Shown here: in pieces, positions 38,901 through 50,900 of the stretch
How the letters are laid out: each line of letters begins with the position of its first letter
Position numbering within the stretch: position 1 is the stretch's first letter
Origin: Balanoglossus misakiensis
Taxonomy: Eukaryota > Animalia > Hemichordata
Length of the DNA: 64,000 nucleotides
Direction: 5' to 3'
NCBI GenBank assembly: GCA_040954595.2
Contig: CM082576.2
Coordinates: forward strand, 6,761,129 to 6,825,128
Translations under genes and position numbers: made by a program
Notes under the pieces: generated by a model
The model's input: only the letters and a program-made list of their open reading frames with translations
Told to the model about the DNA's origin: nothing
Databases searched by the model: none

Positions 38901-41900
38901 TTTAAAATCATAATTTAAAATGGTGGGTTATGATTTAAATAACACTACCTGCAGGGTTAAAAATAACTGGCTGGAAAAAAATGACATAACATTACATAAA
39001 ATCGGGTATCCTCTCGCCCCTCCCCTTTGTTTTGTATACGGGTCCAGTTGTATTGTTGAAAAATGGATTTGGACCAAATTAATGTGGAGTAGAGGTTAAT
39101 AAGCATCAACAAGGAAAGAACGATACTCATATATATTGAAAGTGAAAGCTGGAATAAATGTTGTTTGAAAAGCTCTTCATCACAAGTTCAACAGGAAGTT
39201 CCGAAATCCATCTCACCAATAGTCTCATTTCATCCCTAATTAAGCTCAGGTGACAGCAGGTATTCAAGATAGAGTGTGTTAATGTGAGTTATCCTCGCTG
39301 TTTCAGAACCAAATGTACGCCATATGAAGATAAATACATGAAGCTGACCTAAACATTTCAGTTGGTAAGGTTGAACCTGTAACAGTCGGGTAGCCTGAGA
39401 GTGATACCCAACCAGTTGAACATCCTACATGTAAATGCAATTTTGGAAAGAATAGTCGTGTATTTTCCATTTCTATTTAGAATTGCTTGTGATTAAATAG
39501 TCATTATTGCCAAAAATAGAACTACATGTATAGCCCTCACTGGGTGATAGGCTAAAAGATTTTGATTAATTATAGCGATAATTTGGCAATGTGATAATGG
39601 AGGTACATGTACATTGTACTGGTGGTGAAATAGTTGATGCTTAACATTGTATAATGTGATTGAAGACTGATGGCATTACGTTTTTCCCATGATAAACTTT
39701 TCTCTCTGAAGCGCTCTGCCATGTTATCAGGTACACACAGAAACAAGAAAGATCTGCTCTGTTTTACAGTAAACCCTTTCGCAACCAATTTCAGGACCAC
39801 ATTCGTTGAAATCACCCAGATTAATAGACTGCATGCCACTTAAAGTAAACAAATCCTACATGCTTAGCGCTGTCAGTATAGTAGTTGCCGTGGAAACAGT
39901 AGAGTTGAAATGTCTCACATTAATGTCATCATCCAGCAGAAGGAAACATAATCCCCTCAGCAGAGGTCAGTGACTATTGGGGTCCCTTTTTTCTTCTCCA
40001 AGCAAAGTTTGCATGACATTTTCACCAGGGTTGACATCGTAATGATCTTGTTGACAAGACAAGTCACTGTCTGATGTACACATGTACATGTAACGTGTCA
40101 GAAAAGACTCAATTGAAAGGTGAAACATGTTAAAGAGACTGTAGCTGTTTCTCTCGTCATGTTCTCCTTGTCTTCTGTCAAAAGTTACAGCTTCTATCAA
40201 TTGGAGTTTATGTGGCATGCCAGATGACGTGAACTGATGTGTGCTGGGGAAATAAAATCAGTCATTGCAGAAGAGAAAGAGAGCAATCCTGTTTCAGTTA
40301 TACATGTAGGCAACCAAGTTCAAGTAACGTGACAGAGAATTGTGATGTCTGTATGATAAATGGATAAAAGTGATATTTGATATCTGGTAGTTGCAGTAAT
40401 AATATCTTACTTTGCTGACAAACATGGACTTGCAGCATTGTATGTGCTCCTGTTCTGAATCGTATTGTACAAAGATATAAAATGTAGCAGCCAGTTTGAT
40501 GTTACTGTTACTGTTAGTGTACTATGGCTGTCCTTTGTTTGCCAAGTGTGCATGACATTATTAAGCAATAATGTGGATATTTACACGGACCCTAACATAC
40601 CTTTTTGTTACGGTTGACTCGGTGTTGATATCAATAGGATACACCGATACAAAACGTGACCTGTGTGACATGTCACGGTGATATCCGTCCCTTGCCAGGT
40701 GATTTGTTTCAGTTGTGGTTTGTGAGCATAACCTTAACCCCCAACCCCACCCATGGGTGGAACATGGGGGTGGGCTGTGTTTACACTAAGATTCTTGATA
40801 CATTGTAACCTCCCCCCCCCCCCCACCACCACTGCCATGGCACAGTACATGTACATGTATATAAAGAAAAACCTGGCAAGTGCTGTAAGTTTGCAACTCA
40901 CCATTTGCAACTCAAAATCCCAGTTAAAGTATGGTTACATGCAACCATCTGAATAGTGAATTGAATATAATATATATATGTTATGTCTGAAAAATACTGT
41001 CACCAGTTTGTGTACACTTGTACACTGTATGACAGTATGCACATAGCTGGAAAGGTGTTTTTTGTAGCCAATTCATGTTCTTAATCATTGCTTGGGTGGG
41101 TAAGACATATATATATGTATATGTTTGTATCAAGCTTCTTAACAGCTCATCCTATATTCAGCTGGTGGATCCAGGTGTGTATGTCCTTTGGCAGCATTTA
41201 AATTTGCATGGCTTGCAAATGTCCGTTTGAAGCTGGATAATGTACTACCAAAGCTGGTGGAATGCCCAATGGTTATGAAATAATTGGCAGGGATCTGGTA
41301 AAATATGGTATTCTTTCATGAAAAGTAAAAAGCAGCTGTTGGGTTTTTGGGAATAAGAAAAAAACAGTCTATGCTACAAAATATGTTGCAGCCAGGTCAG
41401 TGCCATGCAGGGTCTTGGCATGAATAGTCTGTGAAATACATTCTGAACGAGTCATTCTGCGTAGAAAATAGTTTTTAAAGGTGGAGAAATATCCACCATC
41501 AACTGGACAGAACCAAGTTACCACAATGTGCTACTCACACAACAGACACTCAGACATCTCAGGCCTACATGTACAGAGACTGAGCAAGATTTATGGCTCA
41601 GAATCATGACCCATAGCCTCTTTAAAAAAAAGGTTGCTCTACTAGCAATGATCATTATCATGCAATGATATCTTGCAGTGATTAAAGGATCTTGCTGTGG
41701 AGCGAGGTTAGGGAAAACGAGAACGCAACAGAATTGTAACTGTTATATTTGATGGTTTTCTGTGGGTGAAACTTTGCTACGTACATGTAATCAACTTGTT
41801 GATTGGTGTACTTTGTGTGCAGTTCGTCCAGCAGATTGATTTGCTAGAGATGCTCATTTTATATTCAGAAATGGTGTAGAGGAAAGGTAAATGCATAGGG

Positions 41901-44900
41901 ACCAGACTCTTTAGTAAAGGTGATTGTGAAATTACAGGGATTCAGTCAGAATCATAGTCACAAGTCACGATAGTCTTCCCGTCAGTTTTAATTGCTTGGG
42001 AGTTCAATTTTGTGGTAGTTTGAAGTATTGTGGGCCTGTGGCACCTTCACCTCAAATCCGTCAAAATCTAGTGAAAGAGGCATTTGGGTGATTAAATGAG
42101 TTGACCACTGCCAGCAATAAACGTACCTAAAAATGGGGGAGCCAGTGATGCTCAATATTGTTTTCTAAATAATTTTGTTGACGCATAACAATTGGGTCGT
42201 GCATTGTGGGCATTATCTCTCAAAATGACCACTGCAGTGGTGGTGTATCATATTGCAAGTCAATGTACCACATTCTGACTCCAGAGGGCACCATCCATCA
42301 GCTTCATCATCGCACCTTCTCCAACATCTTGATGTGAAAACATGAACATCTACATGTACCAAGGTTTGGAGATAGGGGCTTGGATTTGAGGAAGTTAGAA
42401 ATTTTGTAACTCCAAGATGATGGTTCATAAACTCACTGAGTTTCTCTTTTTAATGAAGTATATAAATAGATGGATATTTCTTATTGCATGATGAATTGAT
42501 TTCTATCTATAGAACTGTGTACGCTCTTGAGTCTTCTCTTAAGAAACTGATTAAAAAAAGATGGTTTATCTAAGAAAGAAGAAATCGCCATATTTCATGA
42601 TGTGTCATCCCCATTTTTTTTTAAATTCTGAAATCAGATACCATGATACATGTATGTGGAGATTAAAGACTTCAAGCACTCTACCATAACGTGTGGGTTT
42701 GTGTCTTCATGTAAGTGTGCTAACCTGTTTCATATATACATGTATGTGCCTGCCTGAAAGACTGAATTTCAAATGCAGCATAAGGGTGATTTATCGCATT
42801 AATTTAAAAGTTCCCTCCAGGGATGACCTGCCCGTGCGAGTTCAAGGACATGGCAGGCAATTTGGTAATTCAGAAAAATAAAATAAAAAAGTGGCCATCA
42901 GCGAACCGGCATTGGTGAAAACTGTTTGTGGATTTGAATGTCTGGGTGTTTAATTAATTAACAGCTGTCACTCCACACTTGTGCAGGCAGTGCAGCTGAA
43001 ACAAGCAAATAATTCACTCTGCATGTGTGTAATGTGTGTTTGGATATGCAAATGACATCTCTTTTCCATCTTTTTTCCACATGAATGCACACAAGCTGAA
43101 GTAGTTAGTCTTTCCCAGGCCAGTGCTACATCATACGTCGCTGATAATCCATGTTCTTGTTAAAATTACTGAGCTTGCAACTTGCGTATACTGTAACAAA
43201 TTTGGGCCTGACCGGAAGCTTAAAGAGCAAATGGTGCCTGAAATGATCATGGCCTACATTTGCAGTTCATCAAAGCGTTGGTGCATTACCAAATTGGCAG
43301 TACATGTACATTGAAAGTTACATGCACCTCGATGGTGAAGCATAAATTTTAAATGAACTAACATCTTCGTGCAGTTACCATGGCAATTGAAATACAATTT
43401 CCATGTCAACTTTTGGGGCTGAATTCTATGAGAGCATATTTGCAAAACCTGGCCTGATGGGGTGTTAATATTTTACTGACCTAAAAAGCAATGCTACATA
43501 TCAATTAGAGCAAATTGTCATGGTACATGTATAACATCAAAGGATGTCGAATAATCTGTGGGTAATCTCATCCAAAATGTGGTTTCTGAGAACAACTATT
43601 TTGAGTAGATGGATGGATGGATGGCCTGGATTACCGGTAGAATTGGTTAGGGTTTATGTAAATGTTCTTTTTTTTCCTGGTTAGGTAAAAAACAGGATGT
43701 GGGCAACAACACATTAACCCTGTCTCTGTGACAAATACACTTCCACCCCCACTTGTAAGGAAGCCAGGCCGTGCTCTTCTATTCTAAAAAAAGAAAACTC
43801 TGATGTGTTTTATCTTTTTTGACACACTGGGCAGTGTGTGCCTGGATCAAAAGAGACCTCGTAATGCCTTTACAAGTGTGATTATACAATGTACATGGTG
43901 TTGTGTTACTTATGTGCTGGATGTTCTTTTCAAAGGCAAGTCAGGTGATCAGGTGACGTGGGGCTAAACCACATGGCTAACAATCATACCATTATTGATC
44001 GTTTTGGTGGACTGGCTTTGTTGATGTCTGTATTGCGGTTGAACTAATTTGGCACAATCGCTCTGAGCAGGAACACATGTATTTCAGATTAACCAAATGA
44101 ATAGACGTGCTGCACAGGTTAACTGTGCTGCCCTGTCCATCTGTAAATTGATGCCGGCCAATTTCTACAATCAACCAGTTGCTGCATAAATATGGTTAAA
44201 AATATATACATGTAGTAGGTCATATCAGAGCCTGTATTTGGACAAACATCTATGAAAATATTAAGTGCTTAAGGGAACCGGAACTTAGGGAATGTAAACA
44301 GGGATGTTCATTGTGGAAAGTAGGGATATAGGTATATCCAAGTCATGTAGGTTAATGCTGTGCGCATGAGTTGGCAGGTAAACATGTTCTACTTGCATAA
44401 GTGATGATGCTGTGTGTAGATGAGCAAAATCAAAGCTTTTTTTAACGTTACAGCCATGGTTTGCCACTGAGTCAAGCTTTTGAATCACACTGATGCCCAG
44501 CTTGGTTCACCATTGTATCTAACCCTTTCACCGCCATGGTTTGGTCCAACTCCAATCGTATTCACCAGCAGTGCTGGACCTTTTATGCAGGGAAATGGGG
44601 GTTAAAGGGTTTAACCTAGCTCTCAGTCTCGGATGTCAACCTGACACCACCCATGCCAAGTGTCAGCCCGACACCAGGGTGCTTGATATCAGCCTAGTGT
44701 CAAGGCTGTGCTGACAGTTCATGTTGAAAAGCACTACTACGTGTTTAATGGCCAGAAATGAGAACAATGTCAGGTCGACAATGGCAAGTTGGTGCATCAA
44801 GGTTGATCACTGATACCCTACAATGGAAATCACTATTGAACATTTCCTTGCATGTTATTGACATCTGCAGTCTTCAGAAGTAAACACAACAATATGTAAA

Positions 44901-47900
44901 TATTTTGACCCCTTTCTCCTCTTCAGTAGATGCATTCCACTTGCTTTGCCATATTCCTCATTTGATTAATTTGACATGCTGAACCAAGTCAGGTGTTTTT
45001 CATTCCAGAAATATAAAAAAATCAATGTCTATTTGCCTGAGAATTTCGAATATCATGGATCAACAATTCAGTTATATTGATTGTATTAGGCACTTTTGTA
45101 ATGTTAAAGACCAAATATGTCAAAAAATGAATAAACAGTACACAATGCAGAGAGATCGAGCAAATTTAGCAGTGGGGCAATGTTTTGTTTGCAATCTGAG
45201 CAATATTTGCCTGTGTGTCTGGTGCATATATCAATCAGTTAATCAGCTTATTTGCATTGCCAGTCTTTCATAGCAGGGTCTTAAAACATGTTAGCAATAT
45301 TTATGTTTAGGTGGTAGTTTAAACATGAACGGTAATACATGAAATAATATATTGGTGGTCAATGTAACATGATGATAATTGTAATACATACTACATGTAT
45401 GCATTGCACCTAGTCACATTTCCATTCTGACTGACCTCTCACAAACGTAACAGCAGTCTGATGAAATATCTCAAGTAATCTGCTCCCAAGGTCGCTGTTG
45501 ACAAGACTACCTGCCCAGTAGAAATCCAGAGTTCGAACAATATTTGCCTTTGATGGGTACCAGAGGTATCTGCAAGTGTGACAGACTGGAAGGGAGGAAA
45601 TTCTTTAAAATAGTGGGACATATTCCTTCAGATCGAGTTCATAAGAGAAAAAAAATGGGTGAATATTTTAGATTGTAGGGAGGTCAACGGATGTGATATC
45701 ATTGTGGCTGGAACTGAACTACAAAGGAGAAAATGTTACTGCTCCTGCGTTGGCACTTTCACTTCTGCTTTTAATTCATAAATGCCTTGGCTTCACAGTA
45801 CACTATGCACTCCGGTAGCAGACCATGTGCTTACTTGAGGTACAGTTGTCTCAGAGCAATTCCAAATGCCACCTACGCACTTTAGCTCATTCACCTCCAG
45901 CCCCCGCAAATAGCACGGCGATTGTCACTTGCTCACGTTGGCTGGGTTTCTTTATATGTGCACCAACAAACAAACATCCTTATTTCCTTGTTGGTCGTGC
46001 GGTCCAGCATGTGGATAAAGAATCCAGGTAGGGGCCATGCCAGTCGTGTGGTGTTTTTGTGTAGTGTGCTCGTCAGTGGTGTTGGTTTTTACCCTGCTTG
46101 TAGGATGGCGGACATGAATGTGTGTGTTATTAGACGAGCAGTCTTTCCACGTCCCGTGCTTGCTACTGACTGTGTGTGTTTTGTTTTGTGGGCTGTCACT
46201 GTTTACACAGTGTAGCAAGGAAGGCCAAAGGCAAAATCGTTCATGCGTTCGTTCATTATCAGCAACTGTTATAGTATTCATTAGAAGATTTCCAAACCGT
46301 CAGATTTAATACGGAGGAACTCTAAAGTGTATTGTAAATGGTACGTGTCATTTACATTCATGTCAGAGGATATGAAGAGAATGTATAGGTGAAGTGTGTG
46401 TTCCAGATATGGATCACGGATTTCCCTGTTCAAGTACGTGGTAGTCGCAATCAACAGGTATGGATTGACTGAGTAAAGGGTTGGTTTTAAATAGCCCAGA
46501 TGTGTCTTCTTCGTGAATCTGAATGTAACTGTTTTACGGAGTTTTCACTATTATGCCATTTTGATCAGGTATTATCAAATTATAGCAGTATTCGGTATGA
46601 TGCTATATATACCCTGAAAATGATTTCCCCATTCCAAAATGTCACACTTCCAGTCCTGGTCTAATAATAGCATTACATGTATCAGGTTCACTGTAAACAA
46701 TGACCACACAGCGCTGTGCTACCGGAGTCTTTCATTGTCAACCACGTCTACTGCACAGTACATGTACATGTACCCTCTGTACAAGCCAGTTACCTAATCC
46801 GCATACAAGATTCACTGGGCGACCTGCTCTGTATGCGTGTCTCAACTGTGTTAAATTTATTATTATATTATACCAGTATATTGATGGTGTAAATCACGCT
46901 ATTTGATTGGTCGAGACACGACACGTGACCGTGATATATTAGCCATATACCACAGTCATATATCATAGTCAAAGAAAATGCCTTTTTAAAATGTTTTATG
47001 CAAAGTTTCAATATACTGGCATAATATAATAGCAATAAAACACCCCCAGCCATGGTATACCACTCGATTTTGACCGGTTCAACTCCATATACGCACTCGC
47101 TATCGCTCGTGCGTATATGTCGTGAACTGGTCAAAATCTCGTGGTATACCATGGCTGGGGGTGTTTTATTGCTTAAATGTTCCATATTGATGTCAGATTC
47201 GAAGGTCATAGAAGGTTGTGTGTTTGCCATAGGCACATACATTCTGCTCCTGATTTTACAGTCGGTGCAGAGTTTCAAAATGAACTGTAATCACAAAATT
47301 CATGTAAAGCAGACTGTAATCTGTGTATAACAGGCATATAAAAAGAACAAGGATTGAGAGGGGAATATCAACTAGTACAGTTGTGAAGTTAACCATAAAA
47401 AATGTATTTATTATATGTTTTATAGGCAGCATAAGGACATTTAGTTATTTATTGATTGACAAATTTTCGGTACATTCAGATTGTGTAGGAGTATGAAATT
47501 AACATGTTCTGTGCAGCTAAGGAGAACAACTATGAATTCCTATTTGTTTTCAGTGACACTCAAATTCTGGTTGAGCAAATCGATTGAACCGTTATGCAGA
47601 TTGCAATATTTAGGTCATGCCCAGTGCCGGTGTGAGCAAAAGCGCTTTTCAGATTGCAATTACCTCATTTCAATGGATGTTAATAATAGGTTACATTCGG
47701 ACCCATTACAGACTAGCTGCTGCGTGATAAATGTCACTCTCTTGGGTCAGACAGACGAGGTGAGGCTGTCGCATAATGATGTCGTCGTAAAGACCTGATT
47801 CTGTGTGGGACCATTGGAAGTGAGATGGGTGACAACACCCCCGTATATTATCATGTGAGCTGTATCATCACATGATCATATGATGGATAAAACGGCCTGT

Positions 47901-50900
47901 TGGTTTGCATTTGTAATATGTTGATAGGGACTCTTGATTTGCATAAAAAGATATGCATAAGAACGTGAATGTGCTGATAGAATCTGTTGATTTGCATATT
48001 CATGGGGGAGCCAGTTGAGCCTGCTGACCATGAAGAGTTTACAGTCAGAGCAAAACCAGCAATCAAGCGGAAAAAATTAGGTTTTCTCAGAAATATACTG
48101 CACCCAGTATCATAGTGGAGGGAAAAGAGTGCAAGTTAGATAAATTGTTGTCCAGTTAGGTTAGGCGATGAAATCATCATGCCAGTGTGCAATCCATGGC
48201 CATTTTACCACGATGAAAAATGAAAAAATAAATTGCTCTGTTGGAATTCACATTTCTATTGATCCTGATCCCGAGAGACCTTGCTGTGACCTTTAAAATT
48301 GTGGAAAACAGTTCATTTTAATAAATAGGCTCACTCAACAATAAAAATGACCTTGATTTCTTGTGTTTTCTGTTGTGATTCATTGCACTGAAAGTTATAC
48401 AAGCAAGAAATACGTGTAAATCCATGCGTATTTCTATGCCCCATGGAGCTCGCTTCATTGTACCGCCGCCCTCTATGCAAATTCTGTACTCATTATTCTG
48501 CAAAATCTAATTTTTCACGGTCAAAGACATACTCTTTACTGCAGAAGTGATTTTTTTTCAGTAACATTTAATTTCACTGTATTTTCACATCGACGATGTT
48601 TTGGTTGTCGTGAAATATTACATATTGAAGTGTTTCGTGATAACAAGGCCTTGGTTATAACTTATAGTGGTTTCCAAAATGAAGTAGAAATATTGAAAGT
48701 ATACAAAATCCAATGAAATTCTTCTTCAGTATGACCAATCGTTCACCTTTCTTTTCATGAACTGCCACTTGTGCCAGACAGTATTCCTTTGCACTCCATC
48801 TGTTGAAGCGAAACCAGACAATTAAACTGCCAACAGTTGGAGTGAGGACATATAAATAATATTTATGAATATTTTTATTGGTGGTAATACAGCATGTTGT
48901 TATTATGGACAATTGCACTTAAATACTTCTGACAGATTGGGTTCTGTTTTCCTCTCTGGCTGACCTAAATAAAAACCCTGGGAAATTGACTTGGAGTGGG
49001 TTTGGCCCAGTCAGTGCCTGTGAACCCACATTTTATGGTGTAGGAGTTCATTTGGTTACATGTCTGTTCAATCTGATTAAAATCAGATGTAGGGCACGGC
49101 GACGTGTATGCTGTGCTATAATATTACCCGGTACCCACAATAATAATAGACTTGTACCAACAAAAGGTTTACATGTAATATAGCCCTCAAGTCTTCATTG
49201 TTTTTAAAATTAGATTATTCTCCAAGCCACAAAAATGTAGACTGAGATCAAAATATGTTTACAGCAAAACGTTTTGCACATAGCCCAGAAAATAAGTTTT
49301 GACTGAACCTGAAAAACAAAAAAATAGAAAATTAGGTCATTCAGCAGTCTGACAAAGAGAAATGAAGAGCAAAATGTGTCACCCTATACACAGATATGCC
49401 TGGGTCCTCATGTTGAACTTTGAACCAGTTCTATTCTTTGTTCTCAAGGAGAAGAATAGTGACAAATATTTTTGTAGTAAGCCAATCTTTCTGAAATATG
49501 CATCATTGCGGACATGACAGTTCTGCGCCACTCTACTCCACTCAATCCTGTTGCATTATGGGATATCTCAAGTTTTGTGTGCCGTACTGATAGTAATTAT
49601 CACACCAATGAGGACAGGGTGTCAGTAAAGTTGAACAGTCTAAATTATTTGTTTTGTTTTGTAAACTGTACTAGTACGCATCTGTGGTAATCTGTCACTT
49701 TTACAAGACACTTTATCCCACTTGATGAATTGTTTAGCTTTTTCGTTTTCGCAAATAAATGTGTCCTCTGTGTGAAACTGTAGCTCTTTATCAGAGGCTA
49801 TTAAATTTCCAGTTACATCGAAACCAGCCTGGTTGAATGACACCAGGTCACCTTGCTTTGATTCAGTTTAAATCAATTTCAGCTCAAGTCACTGTTACTC
49901 TGTTGTTCTGGAACAATAGAATATTTTCATGAAATTTAGCACTTCATTGTTGTGTATCATTAGTTAGTACATATAGGGGTCATAAACATGAACATAATGG
50001 CTGTCTGCAAAATGTGCAGTGTGTGTACTGTAGTGTATGTTCCCACTGCCATAACCAAATACATGCTAGTGCATTCACAGTGGCAGTTTCCCAACGTTTT
50101 GTGATGTAAACCCCGACTAAAGCATCTGTAAATATAATTCAATGCTGCGTCCTGGTGGTGCCGGCTTTAACCAGGTGTGTGCATACAACCCTGCATCCGG
50201 AATACCCCAGTCATTTAGCAGTGGCATGGCTCTGCTGCTAGGAACTGAAGCATGCACTATGGAGATAGAGGAAACTGTGTGTGTGTTACATTGGTATGGC
50301 ATTTGATATTTGCCAGAGCAGTTTCTCAAAAAAAGAGGAAAATGTACTTTCCATCATTGAGGTGTTCTTTTTTGAATGAGCAGTACAGGGCGTGTAAATT
50401 TAATTATTCACTTGTTGACCGTTGTGTGGAATATTATGATTTGCTTGCAGGTGCCAATGTGACCTCCAGGACTTCTGTCACGCCGACGCCCGGCGAGAAA
50501 GATGGCCACAACCCCGGTGGTGAGGCCAGACCCAAGCCCAAGAAGGGGCGGCCGCGGAGTGGACAGAGTGGACCCAGGTCGCTGGCCTGTCCCGAGTGCC
50601 ACAAGGTGTTCAGCAGTTCAAGTGCATTAGCCAAGCATAAATTAATTCACAGCGATGAAAGGAAACACGTCTGCCAATTATGTGGGAAGGGATTCAAAAG
50701 ACAGGACCATTTGTAAGTATTCGGTGTCAAGTGTCCGCACAGTATAATTACCTTTTGAATTGTTTAAATGTTGTTTTTCTATTCAGTACTAATCATTGTG
50801 AACAGGTGTTGCTAAAGTTCATGTACATATGGTAGAGTTTGTGTCTGGATGGACACAGATCTTTTCTGCATAAGGTTGGTGCATGTCTCCTCTCGATGAT

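Noticed and set aside
46868-47330. Opposite-strand ORFs with mirrored peptides (WYTMAGGVLL)
   Set aside because: They are an artefact of the 47031-47173 palindrome.
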